NCBI GenBank assembly: GCA_003427395.1
Contig: BFEA01000015.1
Location: forward strand, 2,016,025 to 2,080,024
Length of the DNA stretch: 64,000 nucleotides
Direction: 5' to 3'
Origin: Chara braunii
Taxonomy: Eukaryota > Plantae > Charophyceae
The notes under the pieces were generated by a model. The model was not told the DNA's origin and did not search any database. It saw only the letters and a list, made by a program, of their open reading frames with translations. Shown piece by piece: positions 25,695-38,300 of the stretch (position 1 is the stretch's first letter; each line of letters begins with the position of its first letter). Made by a program: the position numbers and the translations under genes.

Positions 25695-26721
25695 GGTCAG
25701 CCCGTAGCATCAGGACTGAGCTTCTTCGATGGGTCAGTCACTGCGCCTCCCCTCGAGTCCCCTCCCCCTATGGACATCAGCAGTCTCTGCTCAATGCCAC
25801 TCGGGGGGCTTTGGCGAGGGAAATCACGCCCCTTCAAAAAAAAAAGGAAAAGAAGAAAAGAAAAGGAAACAACAACTCGTTCTGCGTGTCAGTCTGTGAA
25901 AGCAAAAAAATACCAAAAGAAAAACAAAACTAAGCAACTGAGATCTGTCCGTTGGATCATGCTCGTTGGACCCAGGTCCAAACATCTGACGGGATCCCTT
26001 TTTTTTTTTTTTTTGACGGGATCCATTTTGATGTACTTTTTTCTCGTTTTTTTCTGATGTTTTTGATCTACTGTTCTGACATAACCGTTCCAGAAATGCA
26101 CAGAACGAGTCTGTACGCCGTTCGGCTACAGACCATCCTGCCAAGCGAAAAGACGTCCAGGTACATTCTGACAGGAGCGTCTGTGAGAATCTGATTGTCA
26201 GAAACCTCAGCAGCATGACTACTGAGTACTGTGGCTGGACAGTTCCACGTGTTCACTTTTTTTGTTTTCCTTCGGAAATAAATATAAGCCCCGACCTGGG
26301 CCCAGCCCTCCTTACAAGACAGAAAAAAAAAAAAGAAAAAAAAGCCCTCCTTACAAGGAAGAAGAAGGCCCGACAGTACGAGCACGTGTTCGCTATTAGC
26401 CGCCTCCCTCCACTACTCAACATTCTGCATGCATTGGGACAGGACTCCAATATTTTGAATGCACTGGGACAGCTCCGATGTCCGGATACATATGAAGTCT
26501 CGTGTAGTAGACCGAGACCCCATCACTTACGAGCAGGTAACGATAGTTCTCGCCCCCCAACCCCCCCCGGCAACAGAGTTTTGTGACGTTACTTGTGAGG
26601 CTGCATGTAGGTTATGTGGAGCGTATCAATCTCANAAAAAAAAAAAAAAAAAAAAAAAGCGTATCAATCCTATCGGGCCAGAGGCACGTTTTTAGGGCCC
26701 CCTCTGTTGAACGTCCTTCGG

Positions 26722-26893
26722 GGGGCCAGGTCCCACTAGCAAAGAGGATTGGATTAAGCTCCTGAATCTGGACGTGTTTTAAGCAGAGGTGCAGAAATTT
26801 AAAGCAGTTCAATCTCGATTTTTTGCACCTCTCCACAAACACGTCCTGATGCAGGCAGTCAATCCAATCCTCTTTGCTGGTGTGACCTCGCCC
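26722..26893. mobile_element. Hairpin MITE, Harbinger-related family
   Basis: gggccaggtcccactagcaaagaggattgga ... tccaatcctctttgctggtgtgacctcgccc. Confidence 0.85.
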
Positions 26894-27021
26894 CAGGTTA
26901 GTATTGAGGGTGATATGAGCATCCCTCAATATGTCCTTGCGAACAGTTGATGTCCTATATCAAATCAGAACTGTACTTGCAGGTAATGCCTCGTACAGAA
27001 GCCGGAACCAGCTCTGACCTG

Positions 27022-27118
27022 GGGCTAGGTCCCACTTACACGAATTACGCGACATTGACCGTAGATTGGAAAGATCAACGGCCAGAATCTCTTAATCCGT
27101 GCAAGTGGGACCTTGCCC
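27022..27118. mobile_element. 97-bp mini-MITE of the same TIR family
   Basis: gggctaggtcccactt...aagtgggaccttgccc with CTG duplicated on both sides. Confidence 0.75.
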
Positions 27119-27319
27119 CTGTGCTGTGGAGAAGAAGAAGTGATAAACTCCATGCATACATATGACATAGGGATAAACTCCATGCATACATATGACATAG
27201 GGCCTTGACACACCAATGTCGAAACATCACGACATTCTACATATGTCAGGAAATTCTCTACATTGCCTCTTTCAACAGAAAAACCGTCTTCGCCACACAG
27301 CATGTCGAAGTGAAGAACT

Positions 27320-27747
27320 TACACAAGTCCCGTGCACGAGATTACCACATTATTTTCTACAACTGGTTTGATATCCAGCCAGGAGCTTCCTTGAGATCAC
27401 CTGAGTGTTTTTCTGACCCTTTTCCTCCATCTGCTCTGGCTCTAGTGGATCTGGGATGGTTTGGGGGGGAAGAGGGAGGATAGGTGATTTTATTAGAAAG
27501 GTGGGAGTTTATGGAAATAGATGCTAGGTTAATCTTTTTTTCTTCTGGCGGTCATTTTTGTATGGCTGAAGAGGCATCTAGAGTTCCATGAATAGTACAA
27601 CACCATTCTAGGATATGAGGATTTTGGATTGAGATTTTGTTCAATCAAAGTTATATGTAAGGGACGCTGGACCCGTTTTCCAGCAGGTGTTGCTCCCCAC
27701 CAATAGATCGGAGCTTTTTCAAAAAAAAAAAAGAAAAAAAAAAAAAA
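27320..27747 (+). mobile_element. Strongly 5'-truncated LINE (ORF2 C-terminus, 3'UTR motif, poly-A)
   Basis: RDYHIIFYNW...FSDPFPP matches the ORF2 C-termini at ~30077 and ~34320. Tail motif 27661-27714; poly-A 27721-27747. Confidence 0.75.
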
Positions 27748-28630
27748 GAGACAAACTGGGGTGAAGATAGGACAAGCGTTGGTCCGTTCTCCTTTTCGAC
27801 ATTCGGGCAAGAACTCGACATCCCATCGGAGAACTGTTGAAATGTCCAAGTTGCAGGCTGGGAAACGAACCCTGCTCGAGAGGAGGCGTCAAAACCCTTT
27901 CCCTGACAGCTCCTGATTTTTTTTTTGCGACTTTGGATTTCGACACGCTGTGTGGCGAGGAGAAAATGTCAAAAAAATGGTGTGGTGGATTTCGACCGCT
28001 TTCGACAGTGGTGTGGTGAGGCCAATAGCCAAGTGTAAAGGGCACTCAAAGCCAAAGAAGCAGTCATGGTAGACGAGGATAATGAAACAAGGAAGAAGAA
28101 GACGAGTGTGAGAAAGAGACGAAGTAGAAAGTAACCCCGAGCGCATCAGCTCATGATATTATGATAAGCACAAAAAAAAAGAAAAATGATGCCTATCAGC
28201 CATGAGAGCGTCATGCCAAAACATGAAGCACACTGGCAAGTCCCGACAGCTGTTTCGGCCGGCTGCGAGTAGGCTGGCTCTCCTCAGGGGCCGGCTGTGC
28301 TGTGGACCAGTCGGTGAGGCTCGGCCGCACTACGCAGCCTGGGGCAGTGGAGGCTGCAGATTGCTGCTGTCCTTGCCGCTGGTCATCCCTGCGCCCCCCT
28401 TGTCATCGTTGAGGCGACGATGGTGGGCTGTCCACCTGGCACAGAAGGAGACAGTAGGTCAGCGTGTGGCACTTCTATTCAATTTGTTGAATTGATGATG
28501 CGTTCCCCTTCACTGGGTGTTTGACTTGGCAAGACAGTTGTTGTTTTGTGCCTTGGGGTGTACCGTGTTGTTTAGGATGGTGTCTACTGCGGATCTGCCA
28601 TGCGATGCAGAAGGCTGCCTTGCAACCTTA

Positions 28631-29238
28631 GGGCCTCGTTCCACTACTCGCCATCCGCCACACCTGGCGAACGCGACTTCTTTCCATTGCATCGCCAATA
28701 GCCACAAAACGGTCTATGTCAGAAATTCGGTCCCAAAGCACTTGGCGGTAGGTCGCCACGGCCTCCCTATACCCCCGCCTGCAATGGGCTTTCATGGAGG
28801 GTGGCACTGGTCACCCTTCCACGAACTGCTACATGTGGCGACCGGCCCTGACACCGCGGCCCTGGCAGTAGGCCTGGCTTGTACCGTAGTGCTGGCGAGC
28901 GTGGTGTGAATTTCTGTGGCCTCACCACACCACTCCCAAAATGTGAAAAAGGAGCGGGTGCATCCGGCCATGTTCTAGTACTAAGTTCATTCCCATTTTG
29001 CACATTTCGAGCGTGGTGTGGCAATGCCCCTGGTCCCGTGTACATGTGGAGAAAAGCCAGCACCTTTCCACCGGTCCGCCATCCGCCACAGTGTTCAGGC
29101 CGGGACGGTTACCACAACTTGTGTGGCGGGGGCGACCATATGGAACCATGCTTCGTTTTCCGCCACGATTTTCATGTTCTCGGCCTCGCCAAGACTCGCC
29201 ACGATTCGTGGCAGATGGCGAGTAGTGGAATGAGGCCC
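28631..29238. mobile_element. PIF/Harbinger MITE
   Basis: ~30-bp TIR gggcctcgttccactactcgccatccgccac (2 mismatches) with TTA duplicated on both sides. Confidence 0.9.
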
Positions 29239-29586
29239 TTATCCTCTAGTAACTGTTCTGCTTTCTTAGGTTGCCCTGGATTGGACTGAAGTTGATCCAG
29301 GGGCGCTTCACTCACCGCTGGGTTCGGATGCTGTGATGCAATGCTTGCTCAACATCGTTTGGGAGATTGAGTAGCCGCCTGCGCCTCACTTAGCTGACTT
29401 GATGGATGGGCAGTCAGCGGATGTTCTTTCTTTCTTTCTGTTTGAGAAAACTAGGGCGTGGTCATGGTTTGAGTTTCAAAATGCATTCTGAACACAGTTT
29501 CTGCAGTCCAGTCCGGTCGGCAGTTTACAATGCAGTCGAAACTCCGTTGTGCAGAAAAGTCGCACCGCAAAGTTTGTAACTACAGC

Positions 29587-30400
29587 TCGAACATATATTT
29601 CTGCAATGCCTGGGAGCATTATGGATGTGGAGATGGTGGGACAAAATCTGGGACCAACTAGGCACAAACACACCGTGGCCATGGGAATGGAAGGCACTGC
29701 TATGCGAAGCCTGGCCCGGGGGACACACTGAGGACCTTGAGGAATTCACCATCAACATGTTCAAACTAGGACGCAGAGTGGTCCTCTGGGCACTATGGAG
29801 ACGGCGCTGTACCTACGAGATGGAAGGGGTGAGATTAGAAGGCCCTGATTTCACTGAAAGCGTAATACAGCAGATTCAAATAGAAATAACGGCCAAATCG
29901 AAAGCGGTCAAAACTCACATTCGATCACTACAAACAAAAAAAGACATCAATAAAAAAAGACAAGATTTCAACTCAAGCTGGCTGGGCGGACCAAACGGAG
30001 GGAGAATCGAGAAGGTGGAATGGAAAGGAGAGTCCAAGGAGCCAGGAGAGGGTCGACAGGGAGCAGAGATGCAAAGAGACTACAGTCTGACATTTTATGA
30101 CTGGGCCAAAATCGATGCAGAGATCCCCGTAAGACCCCCCGGAGAATTCCCCGACCCTTTCTCCCCCCCCCCTCCAACTGCCTAGTGGGGATGCAATGGT
30201 ATGGTATGTAGAAGGGCAAAAGGAAACTAAGGAGCTGAGTCGTACAACGGCCTGTAGGAGGGGCAGTGCAACACAGACAGGGAGGAACTGGTCCACAACA
30301 TCAACGCCCCGGTCTGCTCTAGCATAGCACAACGATCTGACAGCAATACAGCTGAGAGGAGCACGACTGCGGCTAAGAAGTCCAGCAAAGGTTAGCCAGA
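29587..30400 (+). pseudogene. 5'-truncated L1-type LINE (ORF2 C-terminus and part of the 3'UTR)
   Basis: EHIFLQC..WDKIWDQL..GRRVVLWALWRRRC, closely related to 33734-34430. Confidence 0.85.
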
Positions 30401-30504
30401 ATAAGTAGTGCAGGCTAACTTAGGCAGGGGTGAGAGGGGGGTACATCCTTCCACAAGGAAGTAATCAATGCCGCACTACTTATTCTGGCAGAATAAGTAA
30501 TCAA

Positions 30505-31250
30505 CCAGGCTTCTCAATTTTTGTTGCACGACGCTTCTTGCTTGCGCACGCCTTGCCGTGCCAGGATCTGTGTTCTGACTTTTCCGCGCCTTTATCCTTG
30601 TGTGTAACTGTAATTTTTGTTTTAGCGGGCATAATTATAACTGCAATCCTCCTGTTCTTGATATCTTTTGTGGCGTCCATATGCGCGTGTACTTCTTCCT
30701 CTGTCCTAATTGACCGAAACGCTTGCATGACTGGATCAATGTGTGGAGTGAGGTTACGTCCCCCACGCCGCGACCTGGCTATGCAGACGTAGGCACTTCC
30801 TTCCTCCTCCTTCTTTTTCTACTTAGCCACAACCCCGGGTATATTGCGCAAGCATGCATGCTATAAATCTTGCAAGCGCGATTAACTCGCTCTCTAAGAA
30901 TTCTGGAAGTTAGCCCGGTCGAGAGGATCAACTAACAAGCGAGATTTGGAAGGTGAGTAGAGAGTTGGGCGATCCGACGAGCTGGTGTTGGGCATGCGGG
31001 GTTGACGTGGGGCCGTGACGGACTGTGGCACACGGGCGAACCTGTCGTGCATGCTCGGACTAAGCGGGGTGACAATTCTGTGTGGGTGCGAGGCGACGGA
31101 CTGCCCACATCGGGATGTTGTGAAAAGAGAGAGAGAGAGAGAGAGANNNNNNNNNNNNNNNNNNNNNNNNNNNNNNNNNNNNNNNNNNNNNNNNNNNNNN
31201 NNNNNNNNNNNNNNNNNNNNNNNNNNNNNNNNNNNNNNNNNNNNNNNNNN

Positions 31251-31327
<77 letters not shown>

Positions 31328-34300
31328 GGGGTGTATTGTGGTGATGTTCTCTTCCATTCGTCTGAGTAATTTTGGTATCGGTGTCACTCGCCTTGTCCTT
31401 CTTTTTTATCGGCGTCTTGGATTTTTCGTTTTCCTTGCTTCCTTTCTTCGGAAACAGACATGTGGATTGCTTTTCCCCACTCCCCGTCTTTGTTTTTTTT
31501 AATCCACAAATCTGATTGATTGGTTCCCCGCGATCGAGCTTTGTGTGATCTCGGGGCCTTTTGGCCAAAAAATTGTTGCATGATCCTCGATTCTTTCTGT
31601 TTGTATGTGAGCTAGATGCATGTATGATAGGCATGATTATGTCTGTGTATGAATTGGATGGGCATGCTAGACTATTTGACAACCGTCTCACTATAGGATG
31701 ATCCATCTCACGAATCGCCGACTTTCACCCATCTGATAAAAGGACAGGTCCTGCGCACGCATGTGTAGGCTCGACCAAAGACGATCGCTGCCTACACCCT
31801 CCTCTTCGAAACCTGAACGTGACTAATTTCCCGAATGGCTGGCGTTCCACCCCGCCTTGCAGCATGAATTTCGACGTTCTCTTTCGTGTCACTAACCGCG
31901 AATGTTTGAGGGATCGGGAATTATGGGAATATTGGGAGCACTCTTGTTTGCCTGCACGACCCTGGGCGGAACCTCCGAAATTTCCCTACTTTACGGGGAA
32001 TGAACGTATTTGCGAGTGGGACCTCAATCAGGCCTTGGGACGTAACCTCCATCCCCCCAGCTACTCTAGCCCATACACGTGTCAAGTCTTCGTGGAACAT
32101 GGAATCATTATCTTAGGGACCGAATGCCCTATGTATCACCGCATCTTGCCCTACCACTCCCTAACCATCGTCCCCTTTATCACAATCGCTCCTTACTGGC
32201 CCCAACCCCCGTGCTCAGAGTGTCTGTGGGACCACGGGTACCGAGCCTCCGACTTCATTCGGCGAACTCATTCAAAGGAAGAACGATGGGTGCACGGTCT
32301 TAGATTAAGGCCAACCGCAGAAGGAAGGCTGCCTACCAACAATGAATGGATCATGGGCCCATCCTTGGCAAAAATGACGCTTTGGAAAGACAAACATACC
32401 TCCCTGTTTGGGCGCTCCTTGATAATCAGCAACGTGGTGCTGGCCACGCTGTGGTACAAATCAGCAATCTGGGCATTGGATAAGAAAGACTTGCGGCCCC
32501 TGCAACGGAAGATAACCGCCTTTCTGTGAAGAGGTGACCACGAGAAATAGAACGTGATCAGTCATGTAGTGTGGCGATCCATCACCCAGCCTAGAACCAG
32601 AGGCGGACTTGGTATCATTGACCCCCTGTTAGAGACCAAAGCGTTAGCAATAGAATGACTTAAATGCCTGCTGTTCAACTCTGAGTCTCCATGGAGAGGG
32701 CTGACCCTGGAACAAATATCTTGCCTGGCCCCGCAGACATCTGACGACAAGGATCCGCTGATGTGGTTTGAGAACAGGGGATGGCCTATTCCAAGAGCAA
32801 AAGTACAGCCACAGGACGTCAGCTCCGACTCTCCAAGGCAAGCAGCAAGGTCTGATTTACGGAAGGATCCATTTTGGCCCAACCTCCTTAAAACATGGAG
32901 AAACCTCCCTTTGCTAGACAAATCCCCGCCGGAAAGATGGGAGGAAGTGGCAAGACAACCCTTATTTGGTAACAAATGGGTGGTGGATTCAAGGGGCCAG
33001 ACCCTTAATTGTATGGTCTTCCCTTGGCGGGGTTGGGTCAGAAAAGGAATAACAAGGATAAAAGATATATGGGACACAACCAAAAATGACCAGATTAGCC
33101 CGGGCCAGCTAAGGGAGAGACTACGGTATTGTCACCGGCCCCAAGAAGCCTTGGAAGAGATAGTGGATAAAATCCCGCTGGATTGGTGGAGGTCATGCGC
33201 AAAGGCCCTTCCCTGCAACAATAAGACTGGGTTGCCTTCCGGGATCTTCAAGGAGAGGTGGGGAATGTGGCATGCGGTCACCCAGACGGAACAGTGGAGG
33301 TGAGGCTCTATCAAATAGGAAGGGGTAATGTCATGGAAAAGAGCAAACCAGAAGAACGAAGATATGTCAGAAGGAGGAAATATTCAGAATCAGAGTACTT
33401 AGAGAGGGAGAGCAATGGATGACTGTCCTCCCCTCCACGCCAATCCACCATTTGGCCTTGGACCCGGTGGAATGGAAATGGACGACCCGAATAGGGAAGG
33501 GCAGGAATCACACCAAGTCGTTGTACAGCCTAACAGTCAAATCCACCTACAGACTTCTGAGGCCAAAGATCCATCTTCGAGACCAAGTAGAGGAGCGATG
33601 GAGAAAGCACCTGAATACCAGCAAGGAGGAACTAAGGCCAATTAAATGGTTCAGTATGGCAAAGACGAAACCAGCCAAGTTTGCCTCACTTCAATGACAG
33701 ATTGAGCATCGCTGGCTACCAATCAACAACTGGTTGATAGACAGAACGTCCCTGGAACAAAAAGGGCGACCTCTACCCTGGTGCAAGTTGTGCACAAACG
33801 CATTCCCATCCAGAAAACGTCCAGAGACAATCGAGCACATATTCCTACAATGTCTAGACGCACTCTGGCTGTGGAGATGGCGGGATAAAATTTGGGACCA
33901 ACTAGAGACAAATATCACGTGGCCCTCGGATTGGCGGGCCCTGCTGTGCGAAGTATGGCCCAAGAATCAGGTTGATCCCCACGACGAATTCACCTGCAAT
34001 TTGTTCAAACTGGGAAGAAGGGCGGTGCTTTGGGCACTGTGGAGAAGACGCTGTACATATGAGATGAAAAAAGCAAGATTAGACGGGCCGGAATTTACAG
34101 AGAGTGTAATACAATAGATTCAAATTGAAATAACGGCAAAATGAGAGGATATTAGAACACGCATTCGCTCCTTTAACAAAAAGAAAGATATCGAGCAAAG
34201 AATCGAAGAATTTTCCTTAAGCTGGCTGGGGGGGATTCCCGACGGAAAGATAGGAAGGATAAAATGGAAAGGGGCACAACAGGAAGTCGAGGAGGGCCAA

Positions 34301-35126
34301 GGGAGAATGAAAATAGTAAGGGACTACCGACTGATATTCCACAACTGGACTGACATTGATATAACTATACCACTAAAATCCCTGGAGAACTTTCCCGATC
34401 TCTTCCCCCCCCCATCAAATTGTCTAGTTGGAATGCAGTGGTATGGGATGGATGGATAATCCGTAGAATATGTGTCAGTTGCGCTGCAACGGAGGGGAGA
34501 AAAGAGGTTAGGTAGACAGTTTAGTCAGACGCCCAACAGCAGGGTGAAGAGGCCTCTGGGTCAAAAGTTCTCCTCAAGCTCATTCCTGATCAGCCAATCC
34601 CCTGGTTTTAGGGTAGTCAATGCTGGCAGGCGTCACTTGGAAAAGATCATGTTCAGGGACGCTGGACCCGATTTCCGGCAGGTGCAGCTCCCCACCAATA
34701 GATGGAGCCGCCCGGGAATGGTAGGGGTGTCTGCTCTTATCAGCACCTCTAGCAAATCCTAGGGTGCTTTAAAAAAAAAAAAAAAAAAAAAAGATTGAGG
34801 CCAACCGCATCAGATTTGAAGGCTTGCGAAATTCGACGTCGACAAGTGACGAATCGGCGAGACACCCATAGCGTCTTGATAGTGCATCAGATATAACCCC
34901 GACCCGGGCGACGAAACCAATGGAGGCGGTAGCTCTGTTCCCCAAAGCAAAGACCGTGCCTACCCTCCTGCATTCGTATCCCAGAGCTTGCCACAGGGGA
35001 TCTTAGTTCCGATCTGGGACTCCACCCCCACTTTCCTAAAATCATTGGCACACCCCCTTTTCGCACTTCCAGGCCCACTCACACTCCAATCAGGAAGTCG
35101 CGTCGGGCGTGAGGTTGGGCGTCACA
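30505..35126 (+). mobile_element. LTR C (5'-truncated), split by a LINE
   Basis: Homologous to LTR B (TATA region, (GA)n, terminal ~130 bp). LTR-ORF spans 31864-32319 plus 34810-34932. Ends GAGGTTGGGCGTCACA. Confidence 0.85.
32320..34792 (+). mobile_element. 5'-truncated L1/Tx1-type LINE with TSD
   Basis: SLFGRSLII, RGGLGIID, CKLC..ETIEHIFLQC motifs; poly-A 34771-34792; 17-bp TSD gatt(a/g)aggccaaccgca at 32303-32319 and 34793-34809. Confidence 0.93.
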
Positions 35127-35385
35127 AGGTAGGGGGCCCAAAGTGCAATTGTAAACTGTATCTTGCCCCACAGTGCAATTATAACTCATTTTTGTGACTC
35201 TACTGAAGTTACCCCCCCCAAAGAAACAGCCACATGCCTGACTGAACTGCAGTTACAAACTGCGCAGAGCGACTTTTCTGCATAGCGGAGCATTTGAAAC
35301 TCGCGCTCTGATTAGACTGCTAAAACGCTGTTTGAAATGCATTTAGAAAGTGCTTTTGTGACTGCGCCCTAGTTACCTGTTTTCC

Positions 35386-38300
35386 CTTTTTTTTTGAGAG
35401 AGAAAGACCCTTTTGCAAGGCGTCTCTCCCGGCAGTGGTTAGAGAACCACCAGGATTGAGGCCTTTATTGGTGGGGAGCGACACCTGTTGGAAACTGGGT
35501 CAAGCGTCCCTTGAATACATCACTTAATTACAAAGTTGTGGGCTATGGCCATTTTATTTCCTTCTCTGGAGTTCTGTTCTTCCCATGAAGCTGTAAATGT
35601 CATGTTCTTACTTGCCGATGTTATGCTCTCTTTGAGGCAAGATGCAATTTGTGTGATAAGATTGTGACTGAGCGGAGGAAGGGTTGCTCGACCAAGCAGC
35701 TCTGGTTGATCAGTTGTATGAAGGAGCCGCTATGGGAGACATTGAAGACCAACAATTTTTATTATTATTATTATTTTTTAAATAGTCCCAAAGTAACACC
35801 TCTATCCCAGTGGCGGTAAGAGAACCATCAGGATTGAGGTCTTATCTGTTGGGGCTGCTCCATCTATTGGTGGGGAGCGGCACCTGCCGGGAACCGGGCC
35901 CGGTGTCCCATTAAAATATCACGAGGAGCAGGATTGATTGTTTATGAACCTAGGGCTGTAGAAAACTCTTCTCTCCCCGGGGACACCCTTTTCCTTGGAG
36001 CTGCTAAGATACCCAACCCGTTGATTATCTGTGTCTTCTCGCCTTAGCCCAACATACTGCTTTTGCCCCCGTCCTGTCCAAGCGAGTTTGCTGTCGTGGG
36101 AAACCTAATTCCTGCTTAAACCCTGCTAAAACCCTGCAGTCTTGCCAGTGTCTTGTCAACTCAGTCATCGCAGTCACCACCTTCCCAAGACAGCAACTGC
36201 GCTCTCCCCCCTTCTTTTTGTTGTTGACCCCACAGGCTGTTCTCAACCTCTGATCTGCGTGCTAAACTTGCCGGTCCGCTCCTCAGTCTTATCGTCGACG
36301 CTATTGCACTTCCTCCTTATAGGTCCAAGCTCCCCCTCCTTGTCTCCATCTTCTGATCCTATTCTCCAACTCTCCTCCTATTACGGTATTGCTGATCCGT
36401 CGGCATGGGTTTCGGGTGGTGGGGTGGAGGGGTGGGGTTACAAGAGGCGGGGGGGGGGAGGGGGGGGAGGGGGGGAAGGGACAGGGAAGGGGGGTATTGA
36501 AGACACAGACAGTTTTATCACGGAAGCAAGATAAAAGAAGGGGGGGTTGCAGCATACGGGACTGAGAAGTGAGCATATGGTTTCAAGGGCCATTTATGCT
36601 CATCCATCCGCCAATTTTTCCATCGAAGCTGGGAGTCTACGAGATCCGCCATGGCTCTTTTTGGGCCCAACCAATCTTATGAGAATCGGTTGGTCAGTTC
36701 ACTTTCTTTGTTCAGTTTCTGTGACACTGTAAGGGTCGGGTCTTCCTGTACCTTTCTGATTTGTTGCTTGGCCCGGTCCCATGCCGCTCTTATCCTCCCA
36801 ACAAGGTACTGTGACAGGTGTTCCCTTGCATGGGGGGCAGTAAAGGCGTGTTTATTTCGCTCAAATGAACAGCGAATATGCCAGGCGAGCATCAACAACT
36901 CTATTCTCGTGATGTGGAACAGATTGTTCTCGTAGGGGACCAGTCCACCAGAGCTTCTGTCGGGTATCCCAAAAGCAGCAATTTTGGACCAGTCCACCAG
37001 AGCTTCTGTCGGGTATCCCAAAAGCAGCAATTTTGGTGCCCATAGGAATTGGGATCCAATGAGGAATGTCTAGGCTGCATCCCACCACCTCCAGATCTGA
37101 GGCACCATGGGGCATCCAAGTAAGCAACGCTCCAGTGTGGCGCGGGAGGGTTGGAAGAACCGGTCCCAATATCTACAGATGGGGGAGAGAAGACCTCTCT
37201 GCTTCAGGTCGGTCCTCGAGATGAGTCAGTCAGGGGTGGGCAGGCAGCGGTACAGGATCTGCCATTGGAGGGCCCGGTGGGACGTCGACATTATGTTTGT
37301 GTAGCGGTCCCACCTGAAATCAGCCAGCTCTCCCGACGAAAGGATATAATTTTTTTCCCATCTCTTTTGCACAGTCTTTCTTGTGGGCTGCGTCTTGTGA
37401 ATGATTTTATACCCCTGTTTGACCTTATCGACCGAGTCAAAGCTTCCCCGGGGCAGTGGTGGCCCCCTCCTGGGGTTACAACCACTCTGCTGGATCAAAG
37501 GGGAGGGTTGAGATCAAGGACCATGGCTGAAATACGAAGTGGGAGTGATATGTTCCCTCCAGTACTCTCACTCTGACCAGGCTGGCCCAGTTGCGGTAAC
37601 TTCCTGGTAAGTGTCCCCCGCTTGATTTCTTTGCAATGCGGACCATGTGGCTCTTGGGGATGAAATGTCATAAGCTTCAATATGGGCTGTCTGATCAGTC
37701 ACTTTTACTACCTTGCCGACCGAATGTGGGAGATTGGTCTGGGGCCAGTGAACCACCAAGTCACCTTCTTCAATCGAGGGGCCGTTTTTCAAGGGATGGA
37801 TCCATGCGAGGGGGATGGATTCTTGGAGTTGGGTCAGGTTTTCTTCCCGTCCCCTGACATATTTCAGTTGGTCCTTTGGTTCGTTGTTTTCCATATTCCA
37901 TACTGGCAATCCCAGATATCGCCCATAGTGAAGACACCTTTGGTGACCCATTGTCTCCAATGTGAGCATTTTGATAGGTGGAATGGTCTCCCTGTCTCAT
38001 CGCATATAAGTGAGTTACCAAACAATGGCTGTCTCACTATGTCATGTCAGTGCAGGGGAGGGGGTTTGCGTTGGGGGCCCATCTCCCTCCAATTTTACCA
38101 TATTGGGCCATAGTGGGTCGTTGGCTATATCTTTTATTGTTTGGGCTTGTTCAGAGAGGCGGGTAGTTGATTTGGTTGGCTCGGGGATCGACCATGCTGG
38201 GTAGGTCAACCATTGCAGCAAATGGACCGGCTTCTCCGATGGTGAGGTGGGGGCCATATTGGCAATCTGAATATGGGTGTAAGGGGCCACAAGACATCAT

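Larger units (their letters stand above)
29446..35379. mobile_element. Arms of a DNA transposon (29446-29586 and ~35235-35379) enclosing nested LINE and LTR insertions
   Basis: aactagggcg...gcagaaaagtcgc...gtttgtaact is the reverse complement of agttacaaac...gcgacttttctgc...cgccctagtt. Confidence 0.6.

Noticed and set aside
31819-32529. 236-aa ORF as a single gene
   Set aside because: Chance in-frame fusion of the LTR-ORF with a LINE inserted at 32320, shown by the TSD.
34722-34745. U2 snRNA-like tctgctcttatcag (and tacctttctcggc at ~15452)
   Set aside because: Too short, with no flanking U2 similarity.
35821-35840. Hammerhead ribozyme (minus-strand CTGATG)
   Set aside because: No CUGANGA/GAAA core with supporting stems.
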